Part shown: in pieces, positions 1-9,476 of the stretch
Position numbering within the stretch: position 1 is the stretch's first letter
Layout of the letters: every line of letters begins with the position of its first letter
Assembly (NCBI GenBank): GCA_020184695.1
Contig: JAANOX010000205.1
Span: 496,001-560,000 of the forward strand
Direction of reading: 5' to 3'
Source of the DNA: Histomonas meleagridis 2922-C6/04-290x
Taxonomy: Eukaryota; Protista; Parabasalia
DNA length: 64,000 nucleotides
Program-made: the position numbers and the translations under genes
Notes under the pieces: model-generated
Database searches by the model: none
What the model saw: only the letters and a program-made list of their open reading frames with translations
Told to the model about the DNA's origin: nothing

Positions 1-20
1 AACGGTTTTGGCCTTCCTTT
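1..20 (+). promoter_or_regulatory. M3-like (AACGGTT, 1-7) plus M5-like (CCTTT, 16-20) core promoter of the ribosomal protein gene
   Basis: Motifs seen 7-26 nt upstream of the ATG at 27. In Trichomonas vaginalis, M5 (CCTTT) replaces Inr mainly at ribosomal-protein genes and is often paired with upstream M3. Confidence 0.7.
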
Positions 21-26
21 GGCCTA

Positions 27-341
27 ATGGTGCATTACCCAAAAACAAAGAAATTCTTTTGCAAATTCTGCAAAAAGCACACCACTGTTAAGGTAACACA
101 AGCCAGCCGTGGTGAAGAACGTAAAGTCGCCCTTGGTCGCCGTAGATATGATCGTAAACAAGAAGGTTTCGTGGGTCGTGTTAAACCATTCCTTCGTCGT
201 AGCAAGAAGACATCAAAGAAGATCAGCCTCCGTTTCACATGCCAACAATGCAAGAAATCATCAATGTATTGCCTTGGACGTCTTAGGAAGTTCGAATGGA
301 TGGTTGACAAAAAGAAGAAGCATGCCGAACCAACATGGTAA
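27..341 (+). CDS. RPL44: 60S ribosomal protein eL42 (L44/L36a)
   Basis: MVHYPK..CxxCKKH, GRRRYDRKQ, KKISLRFTCxxC: eL42 zinc ribbon and basic composition. Confidence 0.97.
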   Translation: MVHYPKTKKFFCKFCKKHTTVKVTQASRGEERKVALGRRRYDRKQEGFVGRVKPFLRRSKKTSKKISLRFTCQQCKKSSMYCLGRLRKFEWMVDKKKKHAEPTW

Positions 342-469
342 ACGGAGTTTAATAAAAATTCATTAATAATCAAATTTGCAAAATCGATTTTACTTCTATA
401 TGTGTTTACATTGAGTTCAAAAATATAATTGTTGCAATGGTGTAACTCAAAAAATATTTAAAAAATTAT

Positions 470-1093
470 TTAGCAAACGAGACGATATGTTATATATCTA
501 TCTGCAGTTTCGGAATTTCTTGTAATTTCCACAACAGTTCCAACATCAACTCCCAAGTATCTAATGACAGGGTCAGTCTTTAAAATTCTTGGAATTTGAG
601 ATTCTGATATCTGATATCTATCTAAAAGTTGCTTCTTTTCTTCATCTGCTAATGGACGGTGCCTTGGAACAAGTTCGTGTTCGGTAATATTGATCAAAAC
701 TTCTTTTTGTTCAAATAATTCTAATTGAATTCCTTCTTGCGTTTTTATTTTTTCAACAGTTTTTACAGTCATAGGAGTCATAGATCCATCGGTAACAATC
801 AAAATTGCATGATTTATGTTTTTTGCTTTCATTGTAGCTAAACAATCTTTAAGTTGCTTATTTGTGAAGTGTCCATCATCATAATCAAATTTTGTCATGA
901 TTGGTTGAATGTTTGGATTATTATGTTCATATATTTTGTTATATTGATCAGTATTAGCGCCAGGGAAAGTTGCAAGAAATGTATCAAAATCCATTTCATA
1001 ATCAATAGGATCAACGTTGAACCCACGATCCCTGATCATTTGAGAAACTGTTCTCCTCATTCTGAAGAATCTATTTGCTATTTCTTTATCCAT
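470..1093 (-). CDS. RPB5: RNA polymerase I/II/III common subunit RPB5
   Basis: FRMRRTVxQMIxDRGF N-terminus; ELF..LLINITEHELVPxH, IPRILxTDPVxRYLG, ITRNSET.DRYITYRLV C-terminus. Start placed at the second Met (MDKEIANRFF, 1093). Confidence 0.97.
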   Translation of the reverse strand: MDKEIANRFFRMRRTVSQMIRDRGFNVDPIDYEMDFDTFLATFPGANTDQYNKIYEHNNPNIQPIMTKFDYDDGHFTNKQLKDCLATMKAKNINHAILIVTDGSMTPMTVKTVEKIKTQEGIQLELFEQKEVLINITEHELVPRHRPLADEEKKQLLDRYQISESQIPRILKTDPVIRYLGVDVGTVVEITRNSETADRYITYRLVC

Positions 1094-1165
1094 CTGAATG
1101 GGCAACCATGTCAAAACCGCCACGGCCATCGACCGTTTATTTTAAGAACGTTTACAATTTCATAC
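1094..1165. promoter_or_regulatory. Compact (72 bp) bidirectional promoter between RPB5 and the ARM-repeat gene
   Basis: Head-to-head ATGs at 1093 (-) and 1166 (+); M3-like GACCGTTTA at 1131-1139; Inr-like TCA motifs just upstream of both ATGs. Confidence 0.6.
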
Positions 1166-2542
1166 ATGTTTCGAAGCAAAGATACAGATTCAAATCCTTC
1201 AGATAAAATAAAAGAGCTTGTATCAAATCGTATTTTTGAACGTGGTTTTCAAAAACTTTGGGATTCTGTTCCATCAAATAATAATCAAGAATTTCCACCA
1301 CCTGCAGAATATTATGACCAAATTGCAGCATCTTTTTACAACAAACAGGAAGGAGATCTCATTAATGCAATGAATGATTTTTCAACATTTTTATTTCAAA
1401 ATGGATTTGATGATCCTCAAGAATTTTCTGAAAAACATTTTCTTGAAATTTTATACCAATTATGTGAGATTCCAAATCTTCAAATTAGTCAAACAGCTTT
1501 TCATATTTTTTCACTTCTCTTATCACGTGGGCCACGAACCATTGAAGACTGGGATGTGCCTTTCTTCATTAACTTTTGCTTTAGATACCTAACAGATCCC
1601 AATGCACCCATTTTTTATTATGCCTTTGTCTGCATAATTGATGTATGTTGTGATAGTATTGATTATCGCAATGAAATACTTTCACGAATACCAATTAATC
1701 AACTTGAAATTCTTCTTAATAATCCAGAAGATTCAATTAAAGAAGCAGCACTTGATCTTGCATTGCAATACACAAGTTTTCCACTTGAACAAGAACATAT
1801 CAGACAACTGATAACACTTTGTCGAAAATCCTCAAATTTAAATCTTAAATGTTTATATCATTCTACGTTTTGGATTTTAATACGAATTATTCGATATTAT
1901 GAAGAATTTACATTTGAAGTTTTAACAGATGATTTTATAACACGTTGTGAAGATCTTCTTGAATGTGATTCATCGTATGAGATATTACCCGCGTTATTAT
2001 TTGTATCTTATTCTTTTGAAATGAAAGTTGATTATCCGGTTGAAGGATTAAATAGAATCGTTGATATCTTAGCTGACCCACCTGATAACGCTACACAAAG
2101 ACAAGCATGTTTAACATTAACAAAAATCATTTTTAGGAAACCTGAATTAATTCTTATGTTTGTTAAATATGGCGTTTTTGGACAAATCGGTTTTGCTCTT
2201 GATCATGCTAAATTTGTCGATAAAATTCTAATAGGAAAACTTGCTTGTATGATGATAATAAATGGCGGATCATTCGCGAGAATAAGAATTTTACAAACAA
2301 AATCAATTAATTTGTTCATACAATTCTTTGAATATGAAGAAGATGAATTAACGTTCGAAACGTTGGAAGCAATAAATTTGATTTTCGAAACGACTTCCGA
2401 AGATGAAAGATTCGAAGGATTAATGAAAAGATTTTTATCAAATGGCGGTGAAGAAGCAATTTCATATTTAATGGAATCGGAAAATGAAAATATTAGCGGA
2501 TTGGCACAGTTCATACACAAGAATTATTTAGAAAATGAATAA
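1166..2542 (+). CDS. Armadillo/importin-alpha-like repeat protein (458 aa)
   Basis: Helical Leu-rich repeats, FxxxGGxExIxxL..ENENIS..A C-terminus typical of importin-alpha-like proteins. Start moved to Met105 of the supplied ORF because the upstream part overlaps RPB5 antisense. Confidence 0.7.
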   Translation: MFRSKDTDSNPSDKIKELVSNRIFERGFQKLWDSVPSNNNQEFPPPAEYYDQIAASFYNKQEGDLINAMNDFSTFLFQNGFDDPQEFSEKHFLEILYQLCEIPNLQISQTAFHIFSLLLSRGPRTIEDWDVPFFINFCFRYLTDPNAPIFYYAFVCIIDVCCDSIDYRNEILSRIPINQLEILLNNPEDSIKEAALDLALQYTSFPLEQEHIRQLITLCRKSSNLNLKCLYHSTFWILIRIIRYYEEFTFEVLTDDFITRCEDLLECDSSYEILPALLFVSYSFEMKVDYPVEGLNRIVDILADPPDNATQRQACLTLTKIIFRKPELILMFVKYGVFGQIGFALDHAKFVDKILIGKLACMMIINGGSFARIRILQTKSINLFIQFFEYEEDELTFETLEAINLIFETTSEDERFEGLMKRFLSNGGEEAISYLMESENENISGLAQFIHKNYLENE

Positions 2543-2636
2543 ATATTTTTTAAAAAAATATTTTGTTGGACAAAAGATTTAATATAACATATTATTTTCG
2601 ATAAGGATAAAAAAGTTGATAGAAAATAACATTTGT

Positions 2637-2876
2637 TTATTTCTGTGTTTCTTCTGTTGTAAATTTTCTTATTGTCTCTACTGCTTCGTGAAATACTTCT
2701 TGAACGTACTTGGCCGTTTCAAGATATTTAATTGTGCATCTATCAATTGCTTTCTTTTCAGGATCTGATAACTGAAGTGATGAAGCTTTAGAGGGTGGGA
2801 TAACGCACTTATCATAGATCTCTTCTACCATTGTAGTCATTCTTTTCCTTAATATTGGATCCTTAGAGATATTCAT
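2637..2876 (-). CDS. Small Tim chaperone (Tim9/Tim10 family), hydrogenosomal type with degenerate twin CX3C
   Basis: 79 aa helix-loop-helix with IYDKCV....LSDPEKKAIDRCTIKY, matching CxDKC....LxxxExxCxDRCxxKY of small Tims. Confidence 0.75.
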   Translation of the reverse strand: MNISKDPILRKRMTTMVEEIYDKCVIPPSKASSLQLSDPEKKAIDRCTIKYLETAKYVQEVFHEAVETIRKFTTEETQK

Positions 2877-3078
2877 TTTGTTTCGAATCTGACCAAAATC
2901 GAATTTTGTATAAAGTTATGAATGAATATTAACGTTCGCCATTCATCAGGTCTTTAAACTCAACTAAAATCAGATTTTTATCAGTATTCAACAGATTATT
3001 ATACTTTATCAAAGTTAAAAAAAAAGATTTACAAAGTTTATCTTTAGAAAATGTTTGTTCGCTAAATGTATTATTATT

Positions 3079-4803
3079 CTACACATCATTTATCGAATTA
3101 TCCTTAAAGAAATTCAACAAGAACGTACCAATGTTCCAACCGACAACTGGGTAATTAGTTTGAGTCTGTGTAATTACAGAATATCTTTCTTTAAATTTCA
3201 CAGAATTTATACTAATTCTTTCTAAAACATATTCCAAGGCTTGTCTTAGTTCTTCAGGCTTAGGAGGTTCATACTTTGGCTGTTCATTTAATTCTGCTAC
3301 AGAGAATACGAAATTCATTAAATTTGGAAATATGTCATTATATAACTCATCATCCCAAGCACTCATTTCGGCATATCTACCACTTAAAGGCATCATGTTA
3401 AATGGCATTTGGATTAATTGTGAAAATGGAATAAATACATTTGGTATCGGATTCTTTAAATCTAATGTCTCATCAAATGTTTGTGGGCTTGCCATTATAG
3501 CAGTAATAAAACGCAAACAGAAAAATCCGCTTAATGTATTAAATGTGGCTTGTTTTTGGTTAAATTTAGATCCTGAAATATGCTTAAGTATTGATGCCAT
3601 ATGACGGATTTGTATAGGTATAAACTTACCACTTCCAATAATTTTATGTAATGTCCAAAATAATAATTCATGAATTTCATCCATTTTCATATTACTCGGG
3701 TCTTTCATTCCTAAGTCCCCTTTAGAGTCAACACGTAATGCTATTTCTTTAAGGACACTTTCGAAGTACTGTCGTCCAAACCGTTTGTAAAATACTTTGA
3801 ACATTGAAGTCAAATGTGAGTTCCCTCTTAAAACGGTTGTTGGTGTCAGAGCATCAATTTCGAACTCATGCCCAACCATTACTGTTAGTAAAGTATTCAC
3901 TAATCCGGCGTGAGAAAATATGTCTAAGAGAGCAGCTGTAAACTCAGGACCATCTGTGATTTTCGTTACTGTATAATGTAATATGGTGCGTAATACTGAT
4001 AAATCATCAGAGGTAACAGAATCATATAAGGCTGTAATATATGGATTTGGTATAGGTTTGCCAATTCCACTTATTGTTAATGGAAATGGTGTAATGCTTG
4101 CACTAAGTAAAGTTGGCCAGATTTCTCTTTGAGCTGGATTGGATGGTATAAATGTCACGATTTTTTGGTTGTTTTCAGTATAAACTGTAATTGATTTGCC
4201 ATCGTTATCTGACACAATTTGGGTGGCTTTTGATTTTTTAACGAGTCTTATGTGACCTGAGTCAACAGAATAATACTTAAATTGATCTTTGTGATTTAAA
4301 AAAGCCCAATAAAATGAATTTTCATTAAATTGATTTCCTTTATTGCAGGAACAACAACCTTTGACATGAATTTTAGTAGGTTCTCCATACCAATCAGGAG
4401 ATGAAAAATTGGCAATAGCCCATTGAAGAACATTTATTGGATTTTGTGAAGAATGAATTAATGATGCATAAAAGAAAACAAATGATCGCACAGGTTCTTC
4501 ATTTGGTACTGATGGAGGCCAGTAATAGTTTAGATTTTGTAAAACTTTTTGTCCGAATATATCATGAACATATTCAGCAAATTCAGTTAAATAAGGTGTA
4601 GAATTTAAAAATCCATCCTTAGGATCAATGGCCTCCATGTCTTGAATCAAAGAAACCTTGTGTGATTTTAGTGATTTTCCTTGGAATTTAGGTAAACTTG
4701 AAAAGTCGAAATCAGCCATAATTTTAGCAACATTTTGGTTGTATTGGCTCAGTAAAAAAAGGTCTTCATTGCTTTCATACGGTGCGGGGTATTCTTCACC
4801 CAT
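3079..4803 (-). CDS. RasGAP-domain protein
   Basis: TVLRGNS (arginine finger) and GFFCLRFITAIMASP (FLRFxxPAIxSP signature). Confidence 0.88.
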   Translation of the reverse strand: MGEEYPAPYESNEDLFLLSQYNQNVAKIMADFDFSSLPKFQGKSLKSHKVSLIQDMEAIDPKDGFLNSTPYLTEFAEYVHDIFGQKVLQNLNYYWPPSVPNEEPVRSFVFFYASLIHSSQNPINVLQWAIANFSSPDWYGEPTKIHVKGCCSCNKGNQFNENSFYWAFLNHKDQFKYYSVDSGHIRLVKKSKATQIVSDNDGKSITVYTENNQKIVTFIPSNPAQREIWPTLLSASITPFPLTISGIGKPIPNPYITALYDSVTSDDLSVLRTILHYTVTKITDGPEFTAALLDIFSHAGLVNTLLTVMVGHEFEIDALTPTTVLRGNSHLTSMFKVFYKRFGRQYFESVLKEIALRVDSKGDLGMKDPSNMKMDEIHELLFWTLHKIIGSGKFIPIQIRHMASILKHISGSKFNQKQATFNTLSGFFCLRFITAIMASPQTFDETLDLKNPIPNVFIPFSQLIQMPFNMMPLSGRYAEMSAWDDELYNDIFPNLMNFVFSVAELNEQPKYEPPKPEELRQALEYVLERISINSVKFKERYSVITQTQTNYPVVGWNIGTFLLNFFKDNSINDV

Positions 4804-5815
4804 TGTTCTGGTTGTATAAAAAGTGTTACTTTTTCACAGGATGTAAAATCTTCACAACAAAAATTATTTCGTTGTGCGCATTCAATTTTGGGTGATATTC
4901 AATTTTCAAAGAGCGGTTTTATTATATCGATAAAACATTGCAGTCAAATCAACAAAAACTTTTCATTTTATTGTAGCGTTAAATCTTTATGCTTCTTATA
5001 TATTTTAAATTTTTCATTAAGGTTGATGTATTTATCACAACAAATTTATTTAACGATGTTTTTTGAATTTGTTTTGATGTTGACATTTTTAATCATTTTA
5101 TGCATTAATGAATGAGGTTTTGTTATAAGTTTTTTACTCTGTTTTTGGTTTTATAGTATAAAACATTAACAATTTAAACATTTTCTTAAATAAAATATTA
5201 AAAACATTCAAATTTTCTTTAAAATTGATTAATAATGCAAAAATTTAATTCCGTAAAATCGATATATTGAATGAGGAAAAAATTATCACAAACAAAAAAA
5301 AGTATTTAAAATATTCGATTGAGAAATAGTTATAAAATATTAGAAAAGTTATAAATTTGTTGCAAAAATATTAAGTGTTAGAGAATAAATATATATTATA
5401 ATTTGATATCTAATTAAAAATTAAGGAATAAATTAAAATAAACATACACATAAAATAATCATCCAAAAACAAAATAAAACATCAACAAGATGTGGCAAGC
5501 TGGCTGTTATTAGGTGCTTTCCAAACATGCATTTTTTAGTCGTGTTCGTGCCGAATGTTTCATTAAAAACGATTTTTTAATCCCTAAAAAACAATCTATT
5601 TTTATAGAAATAAGAGGACAGAAACTATTCCATTGGTTTCATTGGTTTTAATATTTTTTAAATTCAAATATTATTAATTGGGTCACATCCAAATATTAAA
5701 TCGTTTTCATTATCTATTTTCTCTATACGAGAAATCGCATTCAATTTTCAACAGTTTCAAAAATTTAAAACTTATTTTATTATTACAAAAGAAACATTTT
5801 AATAAAAACATAATT

Positions 5816-8128
5816 CTATTCATCTAAATCAAGACGAAAGAATTGAACCGGAGAAGGAAAGTAATTCGTGCAGATAACAGGGCAGTCAGGGTCAGATGCA
5901 TGAAACAGCTCCAGCATCTTCGAATACATGCTGTATGCTTCGTCGAGTTTCCTATTTTCGAGCGTTATGCCGGGCTCGCCCATGCTGCGTATCGTAAACA
6001 ATGGATTTTCAGGCGTTCCGCCAATTGTAAGTTGTATTTGTACTGCTTTCTTACTGGATGTAATAATTGTCGTCTTTTTAGTTCCTTTTTTGAATCTTCT
6101 GAACTCTTTCCCATCAATGATTACAGGAACCAAATCTTGACTTTGATCATTTTGTGATGGAGGCAATGGTTGCTGGGTTACTTGCGGAATTGGTGCAGGA
6201 GGTTGTGATGGCCTTGGCGCGGCCTGATTTGGTGTGGATTTGTGCGCAGGCTGCTGCTGACTCGGAGTTGATGGAGCATTTGATGCGGTAACTGGTTTTG
6301 ATGGAGCATTTGATGTGGTAACAGGTTTTGATGGAGCATTTGATGCGGTAACTGGTTTTGATGGAGCATTTGATGTGGTAACAGGTTTTGATGGAGCATT
6401 TGATGTGGTAACAGGTTTTGATGCAGCACTTGATGCGGTAACAGGTTTTGATGCAGCACTTGATGCGGTAACAGGTTTTGATGGTGCATTTGCTGCCGGG
6501 GCTGGTTGTGCTTGAACATTTGGTGTAGAAGCAGGCCTTGATGGAGCACTTGGTGCATTTATTACAGGTGCAGGCCTTGGTGGAGCATGTGATGCTGGAA
6601 CTGGTTTTGATGGAGATGTTGGTGTGGGAACTGGCCTTGGTGGTGCGTTTGGCACATGGACTGGAGTTGGTGATGCGTTTGGTGTCGGAGAAGGCCTTGT
6701 TAGAGCACTTGGCGCATGAGCAGGTCTTAATTGAGGACTTGGCGTAGTAACTGGAGTTGGAATTGGCGCATATGGTGGCTTGGTTGGCGTCTGTGGCTGA
6801 TTAGTAGGTGCTGGAGTTGGGCGCTTTGTTGGGGTTGGAGGCTGTGACATACTTTGAGTTGGCTTTGGAATTTCGATGACATCATCTGAATCTGATCTTG
6901 GCCAAGACTCGTAAGCTACTTCTGGTTTTGCCTTATTCGGGAAAGGACTAAATGAGTTACATATTGCAATGATGTCTTGTCTTGCTTGCTCTTTTCTCTT
7001 ATCAATGTATTGCGAAATTATTTTACCAGGTTCTTCCTGAGGTACAATTCGTTTGTCATTTTCTGCTGGATAATTCTCAAAATCCTTTTCTTTGACATTG
7101 AATATAATTTGTTTACAAAAATTAAGAACTCGAGCCATTCTCGTTTTACACGAGAAAAGGAAGCGAAGGGGGTTAAGCTTATCATCAAAATATGGATCGA
7201 TAAGATAAAAATCAAATTTTCTATTTCTTGAAAATTGTTCTGTAGAAAGATTTAAATGTAAAATATCTTTGTTAATTTGTTCGGCAAAACCCCAGAGGCT
7301 TAAAAGTCCTTCTTGGGCAAGTGTTACACAAAGTTGTTTGTCTACCTCAACATTCCACCATTCTGGGGCGCCCCGAAACGGTTGGATTTCGGGGTGCTCC
7401 ACTTGTGGGAGCAATTTGAGTGTTGTCCTGATGATATAAAAATTAAATACATTGTTTTCGAGTTGAAAAAGAATTTGAGGAGGAACCCATGAAAGGTCTG
7501 TGCTGGTTTTTTTTGGCTTAATTGGATATGATGAAAATCTCTGAGAAACACGCATGAAAATTGCTTGAATAAAGTCATGAACCTCATTTTTATTAGACCT
7601 CCCACACAAGGCTTCACATTTGTTAGTAAATTTTTCTTTGCTTTCATTTGATTCTATTGGAATTCCATATAAATATATAAACTTAAGTAAAAGTTTTTTT
7701 TCTATCCTAGATAATGACTTGACCTGATCTGCATTGGCATGAAATTTGCAAACATCTTTAAGATTTCCTATTTTTTTATTGCTAAAATCATAATCTAAAG
7801 GAATAATCATTGATGTTTCATACACAATTAGTTGTACTCGTTGTAGTAGCCAATGGATTGGTGGTTTGTATTGTTCTGGAATCTCAATTAAAAATTTTGA
7901 TGTTTGATAAATTGATTTTAAATTTTCCAACCCAAGTTGTAAAGTGCCAAGAATAAGCATTATGTCAAATGATGCATTCCAATAAGGAGGCCGTTTCATT
8001 GATGATGCAAATTCAAAATTCTTTGGAAAAGCCTCATTTGAAATAAAAATAGCAACATTTCTTATATTCTTTTGCACGAAATCATCATGTGAAATAGACC
8101 AGTATTTTGAAAGATTTGCTTTTTCCAT
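5816..8128 (-). CDS. Protein with CHD-remodeller C-terminal SANT/SLIDE-like motifs and Pro/Ala-rich repeat tail
   Basis: Two WxxxxDxxLxxG/xxxxG motifs (PPYWNASFDIMLILG; PEWWNVEVDKQL) and LLKFIYLYG; no helicase motifs seen. Confidence 0.55.
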   Translation of the reverse strand: MEKANLSKYWSISHDDFVQKNIRNVAIFISNEAFPKNFEFASSMKRPPYWNASFDIMLILGTLQLGLENLKSIYQTSKFLIEIPEQYKPPIHWLLQRVQLIVYETSMIIPLDYDFSNKKIGNLKDVCKFHANADQVKSLSRIEKKLLLKFIYLYGIPIESNESKEKFTNKCEALCGRSNKNEVHDFIQAIFMRVSQRFSSYPIKPKKTSTDLSWVPPQILFQLENNVFNFYIIRTTLKLLPQVEHPEIQPFRGAPEWWNVEVDKQLCVTLAQEGLLSLWGFAEQINKDILHLNLSTEQFSRNRKFDFYLIDPYFDDKLNPLRFLFSCKTRMARVLNFCKQIIFNVKEKDFENYPAENDKRIVPQEEPGKIISQYIDKRKEQARQDIIAICNSFSPFPNKAKPEVAYESWPRSDSDDVIEIPKPTQSMSQPPTPTKRPTPAPTNQPQTPTKPPYAPIPTPVTTPSPQLRPAHAPSALTRPSPTPNASPTPVHVPNAPPRPVPTPTSPSKPVPASHAPPRPAPVINAPSAPSRPASTPNVQAQPAPAANAPSKPVTASSAASKPVTASSAASKPVTTSNAPSKPVTTSNAPSKPVTASNAPSKPVTTSNAPSKPVTASNAPSTPSQQQPAHKSTPNQAAPRPSQPPAPIPQVTQQPLPPSQNDQSQDLVPVIIDGKEFRRFKKGTKKTTIITSSKKAVQIQLTIGGTPENPLFTIRSMGEPGITLENRKLDEAYSMYSKMLELFHASDPDCPVICTNYFPSPVQFFRLDLDE
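6270..6490 (-). repeat. 30-bp coding tandem repeat, about 7 copies (SKPVT[AT]S[NS]A[PA])
   Basis: GATGGAGCATTTGATG(C/T)GGTAAC(T/A)GGTTTT recurs with 30-bp period. Confidence 0.95.
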
Positions 8129-8463
8129 AAGATCAAGAGAATTAATTTACCGGTCGGCCAATATTTTTGCATCAGGGCTTTAAACGGTCTCCGAAAGAGT
8201 TTATTTTTGTAAACGTACGTTTAAATCATTTTTTTTATTCTTTGCGCAAACTGTTTTATAAAAATAAATAAATTAAATGCTATAATAAAATGGTGTTATG
8301 ACCACTATTAGCATCAACAATTGTTTTGGGAATTTATATACTATCTGAAATATTTCATTTGCTTTCACAGACTATAACATTACGAATCTCATTATAGCAT
8401 ATTATTTTGATTAGCTAATCAAGCAAAAAAAAAGTAGTGAAAATGTATTCGTTATCTAAATTT

Positions 8464-9231
8464 TTATTGTTTTTGCTTCAAAAGTCCCATTGGATACATT
8501 TGCTTAGCAAATCCTTCAACCTTAGAAATGGCTTCGATGGCCTTTATGATGTTCTTTCCAACGCTTTCGTTCTTTGAAGCGAGTTTGCGGAGTAAGTGAC
8601 CAATTTGATGGTATACCCAATCATGATCTTTATCAGTAGCAATTCCGAAGAGGATGAAGAAGAAGAAATCTATAAGGAAGGCAAGCAAAATCATTCCTCT
8701 GAAGGTGAATAATCCATAGAAGAATAAGTATGGGCAAAGAAGAATTTCAAGGATTGCATTTGCACGTTGTATGTAAACAGACTTAATGATTGGATCTGCA
8801 ATGGAGTCAACAGATGACTTTAAGTCTCCAACACGTGGACCGATTTCCTTCTTAATAACTTTCATTGCACGAACAAAAGAAATCAAAACATAATCTAAGT
8901 AGAAGAGAATAGATTGAACTCTAGCTGCTCTTATAGCAATAGCGATGATTAAATAATGAAGATGTTTTCCGAGCCAAACACGTTTGAAGATTGGTTCATT
9001 TGTAAGTTTAGAAGAAAGGTTGTTGATAAATCCATTAATGTAAAGTGAAATTGCTTCGTAAAGAGCGATTGAAATGAATGTAAGTTCAGTCAAAAAATTA
9101 GGTTCTTCACATACTCTGAAAAGAGATGCCAAAGAACAAATTAACATTGGAAATACAACTATTTCGACAGCAATTTCGAGGACCTTGTTGACCTGATTTT
9201 TACTTGGTGCCTTAACTTTTACCTCGGACAT
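8464..9231 (-). CDS. Multi-pass membrane protein, TMEM33/Pom33-like
   Basis: Several hydrophobic segments; HLHYLIIA and NAILEILLCPYLF resemble TMEM33/Pom33 family blocks. Confidence 0.55.
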   Translation of the reverse strand: MSEVKVKAPSKNQVNKVLEIAVEIVVFPMLICSLASLFRVCEEPNFLTELTFISIALYEAISLYINGFINNLSSKLTNEPIFKRVWLGKHLHYLIIAIAIRAARVQSILFYLDYVLISFVRAMKVIKKEIGPRVGDLKSSVDSIADPIIKSVYIQRANAILEILLCPYLFFYGLFTFRGMILLAFLIDFFFFILFGIATDKDHDWVYHQIGHLLRKLASKNESVGKNIIKAIEAISKVEGFAKQMYPMGLLKQKQ

Positions 9232-9476
9232 TAAAATGACGTGAAATCAGATTTTATCAAAATTCAATCGGTTGTAAGTTACTTTTGTGTTAACTCGTCA
9301 AAATTCAGTTGTGCAATCAAAGCTGGAACAATTTCAATATAACTTTAAAGCAAAAAGTCGTTAACCTCAATTGAATTTTATTATCGTACCACCAAGTTTT
9401 GATAACAAAAATGGTCACATGACATTTCATTCACAACACTAAAAAAAGTTAAAAAAATACAAATACAAAAAATTTA

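Noticed and set aside
854-1165. 104-aa N-terminal extension of the ARM ORF overlapping RPB5
   Set aside because: Antisense to conserved RPB5; promoter motifs point to ATG 1166.
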